A stretch of DNA of 64,000 bases from Gammaproteobacteria bacterium (GCA_965209035.1 OZ242372.1:1344001-1408000); one strand, 5' to 3'; positions 1-10,138 are shown, counted from the stretch's first letter. Numbers and translations: made by a program. The notes: generated by a model not told the origin, from the letters alone.

Positions 1-1
1 G

Positions 2-256
2 AAGTATGTCTACATCATATCCAATCCCAAATATCCGGGAGAATATAAAGTGGGTGTTGCACGAGACACAACAAGGCGTCTAAACTCCTACCAAATAGGC
101 GACCCGGATCGCAGTTATCAATTGGAATATCGCCTACTAACGGTAAAGTATAACGAAGTGGAACAACACATCCACCGCATGTTTCCAAACAAGCACGAAT
201 GGGTCCTGGGAGAATTATCTAAAATTAAGGAAGCAATAAAGAACTATAAGGAATAG
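2..256 (+). CDS. T5orf172/GIY-YIG-like domain protein, 5' truncated by window edge
   Basis: Frame is open from nt 2: KYVYIISNPKYPGEYKVGVARDTTRRLNSYQIGDP...EQHIH...EW, matching the YVYI..KVG..RL..E..H..EW pattern of T5orf172/MUG113 domains. Confidence 0.7.
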   Translation, partial: KYVYIISNPKYPGEYKVGVARDTTRRLNSYQIGDPDRSYQLEYRLLTVKYNEVEQHIHRMFPNKHEWVLGELSKIKEAIKNYKE

Positions 257-614
257 CCACAGAAAACTTTTAAGAAATGTCAAAAAACGCGCGCGAATAG
301 AAACAACGATAATAATTCAAAGAAATAGCCTCTTCACAGGCGACCGCCGGAGGTTATGCGGCAGCCGGGTTTGGACAACAGACTGGCGGAAGGGACGCAC
401 GGGAAATGCTTATGGGCTTCTTAAAAGTAAAAGTAGCCAAAGTTGGTTCCTGTCAAAACCGGAATAGCTCAGAACCGGGCGAAATGCGGCACAAAAGGTC
501 ATTCGTGCGGGCTCTTGTTGTATAATATTTTTATAGTTTGATTGGTCGGAATATTGCGGTCGGTTGTTTCTATTATTATTATTAATAGTTAGTTATTACA
601 CAAAAACAGAAGTT

Positions 615-1142
615 ATGGCAAGAGTTACAGTAGAAGATTGTTTGAAGTATGTGGAGAATCGCTTTGAACTGGTGCGGCTGGCGGCGGTGCGAGCCCGGCA
701 GTTGGATGAGGGACATATGCGCAAGTTAGAAGATACGGGCGAGAAGAACACCCTGTTCGCGTTGCGCGAGATTGCGGCCGGCAAGATAGACCCGAGTATC
801 GTCCGCACCAGAATGATCGACGAAGCGGATGAGAGTCACCCCGATTTCCAAGAAGGGATGCGTCGTTTGGCAGAGAAAGAGATAAAGAAACGCCAAGAAG
901 AGGCGGCCGCCATGAAGGCTCTTGAGGCGGCGGCTCCCCAAAGCGACGAAGCAAAAGCCGAGGCCCAAGACGACGAAGCAAAAGCCGAGGCCCAAGACGA
1001 CGAAGCAAAAGCCGATACGGACGGCAACCCCGAGGAAACGGATCCTATACAGGCGGGGAAACCCGAGGCCCAAGACGACGAAGCAAAAGCCGATGATGCG
1101 GTGTCTGAGCCGCAAGAGGATAACAATAACAAGGAGGACTGA
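615..1142 (+). CDS. rpoZ: RNA polymerase omega subunit with long acidic C-terminal extension
   Basis: [29 protein letters not shown] signature; directly upstream of spoT; ATG at 615. Confidence 0.93.
   Translation: MARVTVEDCLKYVENRFELVRLAAVRARQLDEGHMRKLEDTGEKNTLFALREIAAGKIDPSIVRTRMIDEADESHPDFQEGMRRLAEKEIKKRQEEAAAMKALEAAAPQSDEAKAEAQDDEAKAEAQDDEAKADTDGNPEETDPIQAGKPEAQDDEAKADDAVSEPQEDNNNKED
945..1093 (+). repeat. 27-nt in-frame repeats (EAKAEAQDD) in the rpoZ tail
   Basis: gcaaaagccgaggcccaagacgacgaa occurs in tandem at 951-1004, with a further copy near 1062-1093. Confidence 0.85.
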
Positions 1143-1160
1143 ACTTGAAGGTCTCCGCGT

Positions 1161-3518
1161 ATGACAGAGACTTCATCTTCACAACGGGCGGTTCGGCGAG
1201 ACGGATACAATTCAACTCCCGACGCCCAACCCACAAATACCCAAACCGCTGATAGCGTAACAGACAAACTCAAGTCTTATTCCGGCTTCATTTTGCCGCC
1301 CTTTCGCTCCTTGCGATTGCGGTCGGACACGCCGGCAAATGTTTCCCTTTACTACGACACTTTTTACAAAAAGATGCGGGACAAGTTATCCCGCAAAGAA
1401 GTTGCCGTTGTCTTGCGCGTTTATAGGTTTGCCGAGCGCGCCCATGGCAAGCAAAAGCGTTCTTCGGGCATCCCCTACATCAGTCATCCGATGGCGGTCG
1501 CCAACATGGTGGCGGACATGGGATTGGATGTGCGTGCGATATCGGCGGCCCTGTTACACGATGTCATAGAAGATACCGGGGTTTCTCACGCGGACATTAA
1601 AAAAGAGTTTGGCGAGGAACTTGCCCATCTGGTGGAAGGTCTAACCAAGTTACGCGGCCTCAAAAAACAACCGCTGCCGGACAGGAGTATGAACCCGTCA
1701 CAATCGGCAAACTATCAAAAACTGGTATTGGCGATGGCGCGCGATCCGCGCGTCATTCTGATAAAACTCTCCGATCGCCTGCACAACCTGCGAACCATTC
1801 ATGCGTTATCTTCGGAACGGCAGCGCCGCATTGCCAAGGAAACGATGCTGGTGTATGCCCCGCTGGCCGGACGTCTGGGGATGGAGAAGTTGCGAATGGA
1901 GTTGGAGGATCTAAGTTTTGCCGCCGTCTATCCGATGCGTTACAAACTTCTTGCCGGCGAAGTGGAAAAGGCGCGTCACAAAAAAAAGAATGACATGCTG
2001 GAAGTCATCGGGCAGCTGCGTGTTTATCTAAAGAAAAAAGGAATCTCTTGCCACATTTACGGCAGAAAAAAGAACCTTGCCGGCATCTACAACAAGATGA
2101 CAAGGCGCCACAGCGAATGGCTGACATCGGAGCCGGCCCGGCAAATCGGCAAAGAATCGTCCACTTTGCATGAAATCATGGATGTGTATGGCATCCGCAT
2201 CTTGGTAAAAAAGATTGACGATTGTTATGCGGCTCTCGGTGTGCTGCATGTGAGTATGCGTCCGATTGCCGGCAGATTTAAGGATTACATCGCCAACCCA
2301 AAGAAAAACGGCTATCAGTCGCTGCACACCACCCTGGTGGGCCCCGGCGGCTATCCGGTTGAGATCCAGATTCGCACGCGGGATATGCATTTGATTGCCG
2401 AGTCCGGTCTCGCCGCCCACTTTCTCTACAAAGCGGGTCTCTTTTCCAAGAAAAAGAGCGGCACCGAGCACGCCGACAAAACGGTTGGCTGGCTGCGCGG
2501 CATCGCCCTTTCGGGCGGCGAAGGGCGGGAGTTGATGCGGACCCTTGACCGGGAGTTTAGTGCCCGCGAAATTTATGTTTATACGCCGGAAGGCGATATT
2601 ATCAACCTGCCCGCGGGGGCCTGCGCCGTAGATTTTGCATACGCGGTGCATACGGACATGGGGGCCAAGTGCGTTGCCTGCGAGATTGACAACAAACCGG
2701 CTTCCATTACGCAGTCTTTGCAGACCGGTCAAGTTGTTAAGATACGCACCCGCGCGGATGCGTCGCCGGATTTTTCCTGGAGTTCTTATGCGGTCACTCC
2801 CAAGGCCCTAAGTCATATTGCGCAGTATGCGCGCATGAAAGAGAGTACGGACATCAGAGAATTGGGTCAAAAGATGCTGACAGACGCGCTGCGTATTTAC
2901 AAACCGAACGCCGCTCTGGCCGATATCGGCGAAAAAGAATGGCAAGAATATCTGAAAAAGCACTCCTTTACGACCCGCGATATGTTTTATGAAGCCCTGT
3001 GCCAGGGAAAACTGACACCCCTGACGGCGGCTTTTTATCTGTTGCCCTCGTCTTCGTCCGACAGATCCCCGAATATAAATAGCAAAAAACCTTCACTGGA
3101 GGTGCGTTCACAGGACGGCGCGATAAAATATGCAAATTGTTGTCACCCGATTCCCGGCGACCCGATTGTTGCCATGCCGATGAAACAAGGCGGGCTATAT
3201 ATTCATCGGCTCAATTGTCGTAATGTGGATATCAAGCGCCGAAGTTTGCCGGCACACTGGGAAAACGAGAAAGGAGATATCTTTCCGGTGGCAATTCGCT
3301 GCCACACGCGCAACATGCCGAATGCGGTTAGTAAGATTGCCGGCGAACTGGCACGCAACAAGATCAATGTGGAAAGCATTGTAACCGAAAACGATTCGGC
3401 CGCCGTGCGCGTTCTGGTCATCAGTCTCTGGGTGCATAATACCGCGCATCTCGCCGAGGTGATCCACAAACTGAATCGGGTCCGCGACCTCACCGCCACC
3501 GAAAGAATTCGCGGCTAA
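1161..3518 (+). CDS. spoT: bifunctional (p)ppGpp synthetase/hydrolase
   Basis: HD motif LLHDVIEDT, KLSDRLHN, synthetase KDYIANPKKNGYQSLHT/EIQIRT, TGS DFAYAVHT, C-terminal ACT; rpoZ-spoT synteny. Confidence 0.96.
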   Translation: MTETSSSQRAVRRDGYNSTPDAQPTNTQTADSVTDKLKSYSGFILPPFRSLRLRSDTPANVSLYYDTFYKKMRDKLSRKEVAVVLRVYRFAERAHGKQKRSSGIPYISHPMAVANMVADMGLDVRAISAALLHDVIEDTGVSHADIKKEFGEELAHLVEGLTKLRGLKKQPLPDRSMNPSQSANYQKLVLAMARDPRVILIKLSDRLHNLRTIHALSSERQRRIAKETMLVYAPLAGRLGMEKLRMELEDLSFAAVYPMRYKLLAGEVEKARHKKKNDMLEVIGQLRVYLKKKGISCHIYGRKKNLAGIYNKMTRRHSEWLTSEPARQIGKESSTLHEIMDVYGIRILVKKIDDCYAALGVLHVSMRPIAGRFKDYIANPKKNGYQSLHTTLVGPGGYPVEIQIRTRDMHLIAESGLAAHFLYKAGLFSKKKSGTEHADKTVGWLRGIALSGGEGRELMRTLDREFSAREIYVYTPEGDIINLPAGACAVDFAYAVHTDMGAKCVACEIDNKPASITQSLQTGQVVKIRTRADASPDFSWSSYAVTPKALSHIAQYARMKESTDIRELGQKMLTDALRIYKPNAALADIGEKEWQEYLKKHSFTTRDMFYEALCQGKLTPLTAAFYLLPSSSSDRSPNINSKKPSLEVRSQDGAIKYANCCHPIPGDPIVAMPMKQGGLYIHRLNCRNVDIKRRSLPAHWENEKGDIFPVAIRCHTRNMPNAVSKIAGELARNKINVESIVTENDSAAVRVLVISLWVHNTAHLAEVIHKLNRVRDLTATERIRG

Positions 3519-3560
3519 CCGGTAAGAGGCGGCGCGCCTGCCGCCCGTCCGCCCGTCTGT

Positions 3561-3830
3561 TCAACCCGACTGCCGAATTATGCCGGTGAGCACATCGGGC
3601 ATGACGCGGATCAAATCCTCGGCAATGAGGTTCACTCCCGCCCGCCCGTCTGTTCAACCCGACTGCCGAATTATGCCGGTGAGCACATCGGGCATGACGC
3701 GGATCAAATCCTCGGCAATCTGGTTCACTCCCGCCCGTCTGTCTATTTAGCCCAACTTCCGAATCATGTCGGTGAGTACATCGGGCATGACGCGGATCAG
3801 ATCCTCGGCAATGAGGTTCACTCCCGCCCG
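3561..3830 (-). repeat. three tandem 93-bp units; the third is the real nnr 3' end
   Basis: Minus-strand stop codons at 3561, 3654 and 3747; the copy at 3561 reads RAGVNLIAEDLIRVMPDVLTGIIRQSG* versus ...VLTDMIRKLG* in the gene. Confidence 0.9.
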
Positions 3831-5300
3831 TTGCCCGCAAAGTTCGTGAATATGCGTGCCGGCGCAGGCGGCGACGAAAGGCGTCATTCCCTGTGCCAGA
3901 AAAGAAACGATCATCCCGCCGAGCACATCGCCGCTGCCGCCCGTCGCAAGATAGGAAGATGCCGATTGTTGCACGGCAACTTTGCCGCCCTTATGGCCGC
4001 CCTTATTAATGAGCGGTTCGGCGATCACGGTGTCCGCCCCTTTGAGAACAATCACAGCCCCGGTCTCCGCCGCCGCGTTTAGTGCCAGTTCGCACTTGTT
4101 GGCGCCGGTAATATTCGGAAACACACGCCGAAATTCTGCGATATGCGGAGTCAGGACACACTTGCCGTGCCGCCGCAACGCCCGCTTCAGCGGTTCGGGA
4201 TTCGACTCAAAAGAAGACAGAGCATCCGCATCCAACACAAGAGGAACCTTCCCTTGCAGCAAGCCGAGGGTTCGCTCTGCGGTTTGTTTGCCTACCCCGC
4301 TGCCGGGACCTGTCAAGGCGGCACCGGCTTTAAAGTCCGCCAGGTTTTGAGCGGGCGTCCTGCCTTCGTCCGAACGCAGAATGCAACTGACGGGCGCATA
4401 CCCCGGCGGCTGCGATGACGGGTCGGCAAGGATTCTGCTTACAAGCCCCGCCCCGGCCCGCTGGGCGGCCATACATGCCAGCACACCCGCCCCGCCGAAT
4501 TGCTCGCCGGCAAAAATCAGAACATGCCCGCGATTGTACTTGTGCGACAAATAGTTTGGTGTTTTTCGGATCAGCTCGTCCGCATACAAATGCGCTCCGT
4601 TCATCAGATGCCGCGGGCGAATACCATTCAACACATCATCGCGAATCCCGATGGGAAAGCACACAACCGAACCGCAATAATGAGCGGCCGGGTAAAGATA
4701 ATGTGCCAACTTGGGACGAAAAAAGGTGACAGTCAGGTCGGCTCGGATATGCTCGCCGCCGGCGGTTGCCCGGTCGCCGTGAATGCCGCTTGGCAGATCC
4801 GCCGCCACCTTACGGCCGCGACATCGGTTGAAGGCGCGAATCACCGCAGCGGCTGCGCCTTCGGGTGCGCGATTCAAACCCGTGCCAAATAGGGCGTCTG
4901 TGAGAATACCCGCCTTACCCAAAAAAGAGCGATAGACTTTTTCGTCCGTCTGTTCTTCGGCAACCAGAAGATCTTCCGGCTCCAACAATGCAAGCGTTTT
5001 GTGCGCGAAAAGACGCGCCTCGCCTTTAAGTTGTTCCGGCTGCCGCAGGGACAAAATACGCGCCTTCCGGCCGGCAAGCAGCAGATCATGCGCACAGGCA
5101 AATCCGTCCGCCCCGTTGTTGCCGACACCGCAGCACACGGCAATCGGCTCGCCGGGCAGGGACATACCGCAAATTGCACGCGCAAGTTGCCCGCCGGCTG
5201 TGGCAATTAACCTTGCCTCGGCGACACCGCCCTCAATGGTCAGTTTGTCCGCCAGAGCCATTTCGGCAATTGTCAAAATTTCCCGTCCGCCCGTTTTCAT
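3747..5300 (-). CDS. nnr: bifunctional NAD(P)H-hydrate epimerase/dehydratase (YjeF)
   Basis: CGVGNNGADG, DALFGTG, DLPSG, HKYNRGHV, LDADAL, LTPHIAEF, LATGGSGDVL; start probably MKTGGREIL at 5300. Confidence 0.93.
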   Translation of the reverse strand: MKTGGREILTIAEMALADKLTIEGGVAEARLIATAGGQLARAICGMSLPGEPIAVCCGVGNNGADGFACAHDLLLAGRKARILSLRQPEQLKGEARLFAHKTLALLEPEDLLVAEEQTDEKVYRSFLGKAGILTDALFGTGLNRAPEGAAAAVIRAFNRCRGRKVAADLPSGIHGDRATAGGEHIRADLTVTFFRPKLAHYLYPAAHYCGSVVCFPIGIRDDVLNGIRPRHLMNGAHLYADELIRKTPNYLSHKYNRGHVLIFAGEQFGGAGVLACMAAQRAGAGLVSRILADPSSQPPGYAPVSCILRSDEGRTPAQNLADFKAGAALTGPGSGVGKQTAERTLGLLQGKVPLVLDADALSSFESNPEPLKRALRRHGKCVLTPHIAEFRRVFPNITGANKCELALNAAAETGAVIVLKGADTVIAEPLINKGGHKGGKVAVQQSASSYLATGGSGDVLGGMIVSFLAQGMTPFVAACAGTHIHELCGQRAGVNLIAEDLIRVMPDVLTDMIRKLG

Positions 5301-5663
5301 ATTTTCATTTATTACTTCCCATAGGTTTATTATATCGCTCTTGGCTGCCGGCTTTCTTGCTTTAAAAGTTACGATGATATTGTCCAATTCCACCCGGTTT
5401 TGGATTTTTTCTGTTGAGAACCGGGCCGGCAAGAATTGTTCGTAAACATTATCCGATTCGTTTTATATGGAATGCATAATCTCAGTAAGGTTGCGGACGC
5501 TTGCTTTAAAGGTTACGATGAGATCGCGGGAGATATCGCGGGACCGGACTTCCGAATAGTTGCCGACAGGATTGCCTCGGATTGCGGTAGAATGGCGGAC
5601 AGTCGTTTTGAAGTTTCGTAGTTCTTCCGGCAGTTATAAATACAAGGTTTTTTAAGGGCGTCC

Positions 5664-5763
5664 TGCATGATCTCATAAAGGTTCCGGACTCTGAGTTTGG
5701 CATTTCTCGCTGATACGCTTTTTGTAAAAACAACCGAGGTCCGGCAATGGGTGGGATCATACA
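5664..5763. mobile_element. 100-bp MITE-like element with imperfect terminal inverted repeats
   Basis: Ends read TGCATGATCTCA...TTCCGGAC and (reverse complement) TGTATGATCCCA...GCCGGAC; the same ends recur across the window. Confidence 0.65.
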
Positions 5764-5832
5764 AAGTTCCCAAAATTATTGAGACGATGCGTACAATAGA
5801 TGTTACCGGAGTACTTTGCCATAAAAACACAG

Positions 5833-6123
5833 ATGAATAAAAAACAAGAAACCGAATGGGAAAAAGAAATAGATGCCAATTATCGGGCATTTAAGGAAAT
5901 TCTACCCGAGTTATTGGAAAACTTTCCCGGTAAATTTGTAATCATGTATCAACACAAAAAGGTTGCAATCTTTGACACGGAACAGGATGCTTTTCAAGCT
6001 GCCTCTATGCTATATGGGAAAAATGTACCCTACTCGGTTCAAAAGATAACAAATCAATCCGTAGACTTAGGTTGGCAAGGGTGTGCCTTCTTTGGCGCCT
6101 CCTCTGCGACGACACTTCCCTGA
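5833..6123 (+). CDS. small DUF5678-like hypothetical protein
   Basis: NYRAFKEILPELLENFPGKFVIM..KKVAIFDTEQDA pattern; AT-rich. Confidence 0.6.
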   Translation: MNKKQETEWEKEIDANYRAFKEILPELLENFPGKFVIMYQHKKVAIFDTEQDAFQAASMLYGKNVPYSVQKITNQSVDLGWQGCAFFGASSATTLP

Positions 6124-6510
6124 ATTAAAATAGTCAATTCATTAAGGGAGTATTTCAATTCTCAAACGGACTCTTTACTTTCTGTTTGTAAAAGAAAAAT
6201 CAAAAAAAGTCCTTGCCCCGAACATTCGCCGGGCGCATTAAAAACTTCTCAAACTCACGCAACTTGATCTTGCGAAAATAACCCTCTTTTGAATTTGTAT
6301 TGTTCATAGTATTCGTTCAAATTCGCAGATCCTCATATCCTCATTTGTTCCTTTGTCACTCCCTATGCGTTTGGTATATCGCTCTTGGCTGCCGGCTTTC
6401 TTGCTTTAAAGGTTACGATGCGCGGGGAGGGGGAGGAGGGGGGAATGCTCCCCGGAATGCGTATAAAGAGTATGAAACTTTTAATTAATATTTATAATAA
6501 CAATAAAATT

Positions 6511-7047
6511 ATGAAATACATTTATACACTTTTATTGTCCGGTTTGATGCTGTTAGTGGCACTGCCGGCCAATGCGCTGACCTATGGCGGACACGGCAAC
6601 AACGGCCGCGACCTCATCGGCAGCACACGCAGCGATGTGGTCAAGCATGCTTCCGAGCATTTTGATCGCATGGATGCCAACAAAGACGGGATAGTTGAGA
6701 TGAGCGAGTTGTCCGGTAAGAGCCGGAAAGGCGATTCATCCAAATATCAATACATTCTTCGCCAACTTGACACAAACAACGACAAGGTCGTTTCCAAAGA
6801 GGAGTTTGTGGCACGGGCGACAGAGCGTTTTGACCTGGCGGATACCGACAAAGACGGTAAGATCAGTTCGGCGGAACGCGAAGAATCCCATTCCATCATC
6901 CGTGCACACGGTATGCAACAGGTGTTTGAAGCGGCCGATACCAACGGCGACGGTCAGCTGTCGCCGGAGGAATTTGCCAATCTTGGTGTCCATGCCGGCA
7001 ACCCGCAAGGGAGAGGCTACCGCCGCGGCGGGCATCATCGCGAGTAG
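6511..7047 (+). CDS. exported EF-hand calcium-binding protein (copy 1)
   Basis: Signal peptide ending ALPANA; EF loops DANKDGIVEMSE, DTNNDKVVSKEE, DTDKDGKISSAE, DTNGDGQLSPEE. Confidence 0.88.
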   Translation: MKYIYTLLLSGLMLLVALPANALTYGGHGNNGRDLIGSTRSDVVKHASEHFDRMDANKDGIVEMSELSGKSRKGDSSKYQYILRQLDTNNDKVVSKEEFVARATERFDLADTDKDGKISSAEREESHSIIRAHGMQQVFEAADTNGDGQLSPEEFANLGVHAGNPQGRGYRRGGHHRE

Positions 7048-7075
7048 CCTCACAGAAGCTGCTTCCAAAAGCTGA

Positions 7076-7666
7076 ATGCGGGATGAAATCGGCGATGCCG
7101 AATTGCTTGAAGCGATCGGCAAAGCCGATTCCGCCGCTTTTGGGATCTTGACGCGCCGCTATGCGCGCAAATGTTACGGCCTGGCATACCGATTGCTGGG
7201 AAATCGCGAGATGGCGGAAGACACCGTCCAGGAAGTGTTTATGAAAATTTGGACCAAGCCCTTTATGTGGCAACCGGATCGCGGTGCCAAGTTTGGCACC
7301 TGGTTGTATCGGGTGGTTTCCAACGCTTCTGTTGATACCTATCGCCGATATCGTTCTGCGTCCGGCACCTTTTATCCGATTTCTTTGGACGAAATGCCGA
7401 TAGAACCGGCGGCCGCGGAAGACGAACTCACCAAAGTCCATCTGCGCCGAGTGTGCGACACGTTACGTGCGGAGATCGTCAAGTTGCCCGCTAATCAAAG
7501 ACTGGCGATCATTTTTTGTCGCATGGAAGGCAAATCATACGCCGAGGCCGCGGACATGATCGGCGTCACGCCGAAGGCTGTGGACGGTTATGTCAATCGG
7601 GGCGTGCGAACGCTTAAGAAAAAAATGGCGGCGGTGAGCTTGAACATAGAAGAAATTTTGAAATAA
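7076..7666 (+). CDS. ECF sigma-70 factor
   Basis: Region 2 AEDTVQEVFMKIW..FGTWLYRVVSN; region 4 LPANQR..EGKSYAEAADMIG. Confidence 0.92.
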   Translation: MRDEIGDAELLEAIGKADSAAFGILTRRYARKCYGLAYRLLGNREMAEDTVQEVFMKIWTKPFMWQPDRGAKFGTWLYRVVSNASVDTYRRYRSASGTFYPISLDEMPIEPAAAEDELTKVHLRRVCDTLRAEIVKLPANQRLAIIFCRMEGKSYAEAADMIGVTPKAVDGYVNRGVRTLKKKMAAVSLNIEEILK

Positions 7667-7691
7667 CAATTTAATCTCAATTATTTTATTA

Positions 7692-8084
7692 ATGAAGAAA
7701 CACGAAAAACAAATTAGGCAAGAACTCTTGCGCGTTCCGCAACCGGGCAAGAACTGGGAAGAGCGGTTAATCCGAGAAGCGGTTGCCCGCCCTCAATCCG
7801 GCATCACGGTAATCATCGGGCTCTTTGTGCGCTCCGCCAAGGTGCTCGGCGGCTTGTTCCGGCGTCAGCCGCTGCTGGCACCGGCCTTGGCGGCCGGCTG
7901 CCTACTAATGTTAGTCGTTTGGAACCCGATTGACTCCTACTTGGTGCCGGGAGGTTCCGCGAGCGAAGACGCTTTGTATCACAATGCGATCTCCTATACG
8001 GAAGACATCACCGGGATGAACGACGCCCTGCCCGAAGAAGAAATTCTGGAAGAGATAAACGCCTGGATTCCGCAAGACTGGTAG
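7692..8084 (+). CDS. putative single-TM anti-sigma factor (copy 1)
   Basis: Immediately follows the ECF sigma; hydrophobic segment LLAPALAAGCLLMLVVW. Confidence 0.6.
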   Translation: MKKHEKQIRQELLRVPQPGKNWEERLIREAVARPQSGITVIIGLFVRSAKVLGGLFRRQPLLAPALAAGCLLMLVVWNPIDSYLVPGGSASEDALYHNAISYTEDITGMNDALPEEEILEEINAWIPQDW

Positions 8085-8128
8085 GGAATCGCCCGGGTTA
8101 GCTTGGGCGGCCTGTTTCGGCCTGCGGC

Positions 8129-8330
8129 TCAGATCTCGCACAGGGCGAAGTCGCTCTTGCCGGCTCCGCAATCCGGGCCTACCCAATCTTCGGGGGCATC
8201 TTTCCGGCAAATGCCGGCGGCTTTCCGGCAAATGCCGGCGGCTTCCCGGCAAATGCCGGCGGCAATGTTGTCTTCCGGTCTGTTTCGGTCTGCGGCTCAG
8301 ACCTCGCACATAGAGAAATCGTTCTTGCCG
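8129..8330 (-). pseudogene. two degenerate rubredoxin 3'-end fragments
   Basis: Minus strand encodes ...[21 protein letters not shown] (stop at 8129) and ...GKNDFSMCEV* (stop at 8297). Confidence 0.75.
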
Positions 8331-8344
8331 TGTCCTCTGTTCGC

Positions 8345-8474
8345 CCCGTCCGACAGAACCGTAGGCTCTTTGATCCGGGGAAGCACAATATTAAACTGCC
8401 AAACTGCCAAGCCACCAAACTGCCAAGCTATCAAACTACCAAGCCCTGAGTTCAAAATCTTCCGGATATCATAC
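8345..8474 (+). mobile_element. degenerate MITE-family right part with an inserted 8-mer repeat run (aaactgcc-like)
   Basis: cccgtccgacagaacc..ggctctttga..gcacaata matches 28244-28306; ends ggatatcatacg. Confidence 0.45.
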
Positions 8475-8573
8475 GGATATTGCCGGGATGCTGAGAGAGG
8501 GGAAATACTCCCCCGAATGCGTATCAATAGTATGAAACTTTTAATTAATATTGATAATAATAACAATAAAATT

Positions 8574-9185
8574 ATGAAATACATTTACACACTTTTACTT
8601 TTGCTTTTATCGCCCGGCTTAATGCTGTTAGTGGCACTGCCGGCCAATGCACAGACCTTTGGCGGTTATGGCTACGGCCACAGCCTCAACGGTAACACGA
8701 CGCGCGGCGATGTGATTAAGCATGCCTCGGAGCATTTTGATCATATGGATGTCAATAATGACGGAAAAATTGAGACGAGCGATTGGTCCGGTAACGGCAG
8801 GCGCCGCGGTGGCTCACCCGCATTTGGAAATAGGATGCTCCGCCAATTTGACACCAACAACGACAATGTCGTTTCCAAAGAGGAGTTTGTGGCGCGGGCG
8901 GTAGAGCGTTTTGACCTGGCGGATACCGACAAGAACGGTAAGATCAGCGCGGCGGAACGGAAAGCATCCTACTCCGTGATTCACGGATACGACATGCAAC
9001 AGTTGTTTAAAGCGGCCGATACCAACGGCGACGGTCAATTGTCCCCGGAAGAATATTCCAATCTTGGCACTTTTGAGGGCAACTCGCAAGACAGAGACTA
9101 TCGCCGCGGATATCATCACGAGGATTATCACGGGTATCATCGCGGCTACCACCGCGGCTATCACCGCGGGTATCACCACGAGTGA
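8574..9185 (+). CDS. exported EF-hand protein (copy 2) with His/Tyr-rich tail
   Basis: Paralogue of 6511-7047; C-terminus YRRGYHHEDYHGYHRGYHRGYHRGYHHE. Confidence 0.88.
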   Translation: MKYIYTLLLLLLSPGLMLLVALPANAQTFGGYGYGHSLNGNTTRGDVIKHASEHFDHMDVNNDGKIETSDWSGNGRRRGGSPAFGNRMLRQFDTNNDNVVSKEEFVARAVERFDLADTDKNGKISAAERKASYSVIHGYDMQQLFKAADTNGDGQLSPEEYSNLGTFEGNSQDRDYRRGYHHEDYHGYHRGYHRGYHRGYHHE

Positions 9186-9189
9186 GTAG

Positions 9190-9350
9190 CCCCGCAGAGG
9201 TTGTCCCAAATAGCCGAACGCGGGATGCAATTGGTCCCGGTCCCATATAGAATTGGATGCCGAATTGCTTATTCTGTCAATCGGGGAGTGCGAACGCTTA
9301 AGAAAAAAATGGCGGCGGTGAGCTTGAACATAGAAGACATTTTGAAATAA
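9190..9350 (+). pseudogene. internally deleted copy of the ECF sigma gene
   Basis: A 5' remnant (gcgggatgcaatt..gatgccgaattgctt) is joined to the last ~75 nt, which are nearly identical to 7591-7666. Confidence 0.8.
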
Positions 9351-9375
9351 TAATTTAATCCCTCAATTTCAATTA

Positions 9376-9768
9376 ATGAAGAAACACGAAAAACAAATCA
9401 GGCAAGAACTCTTGCACGTTCCGCAACCGGGCAAGAACTGGGAAGAGCGGTTAATCCGAGAAGCGGTTGCCCGCCCTCAATCCGGTATAACGGCAATTAT
9501 CGGGATCTTTGTGCGCTCCGCCAATGCACTCGGCGGCCTGTTCCGGCGTCAGCCGCTGCTGGCACCGGCCTTGGCGGCCGGCTGTTTGCTGATGTTAATC
9601 GTCTGGAACCCGCTTGACACCTACCGGGTGCCGGGAGGTTCCGCGAGCGAAGACGCTTTGTACCGCAATGCGATCTCCTATACGGAAGAGATCACCGGAG
9701 TGAACGACGCCCTGCCCGAAGAAGAAATTCTGGAAGAGATAAACGCCTGGATTCCGCAAGATTGGTAG
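9376..9768 (+). CDS. putative anti-sigma factor (copy 2)
   Basis: Near-identical paralogue of 7692-8084. Confidence 0.6.
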   Translation: MKKHEKQIRQELLHVPQPGKNWEERLIREAVARPQSGITAIIGIFVRSANALGGLFRRQPLLAPALAAGCLLMLIVWNPLDTYRVPGGSASEDALYRNAISYTEEITGVNDALPEEEILEEINAWIPQDW

Positions 9769-9812
9769 GGAATCGCTTGGGTTAGATTGGGTGGCTTGTT
9801 TCGGTCTGCGGC

Positions 9813-10110
9813 TCAGACCTCGCACATGGAGAAATCGCTCTTACCGGCTTCGCAATCCGGGCCTACCCAATCTTCGGGGGCGTCTTCCCGGCAAATGCCG
9901 GCGGCCTCCCGGCAAGTGCCGGCGGCAATGTTATCTTCCGACCTTCCTTCTTGCCTGTTTTGGTTAGTCTATGGCTCAGACCTCGCACATAGAGAAATCG
10001 CTCTTGCCGGCTCCGCAATCCGGGCCCACCCAATCTTCGGGGGCGTCTTTCCGGCAAGTGCCGGCGGCCCCCCGGCAAGTGCCGGCTGCAATGTTATCTT
10101 CCGGCCTTCC
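9813..10110 (-). repeat. two 163-bp tandem degenerate copies of the rubredoxin 3' half
   Basis: Stops at 9813, 9976 and 10139 (the real gene); copies read ..[19 protein letters not shown]. Confidence 0.85.
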
Positions 10111-10138
10111 TTCTTGCCTGTTTCGGTTAGTCTATGGC

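Larger units (their letters stand above)
5331..6420 (+). repeat. 46-bp direct repeats (5331-5376 and 6375-6420, 1 mismatch) flanking ~1 kb; partial third copy 5500-5521
   Basis: tatatcgctcttggctgccggctttcttgctttaaa(a/g)gttacgatg present at both sites. Confidence 0.85.

Noticed and set aside
521-526. rpoZ promoter (TATAAT)
   Set aside because: A perfect -10 hexamer, but no convincing -35 or extended -10, so not called.
8103-8573. N-terminal 157 aa of the 360-aa ORF
   Set aside because: Composed of rubredoxin echoes, a MITE remnant and 8-mer repeats; the signal peptide and the paralogue place the start at 8574.
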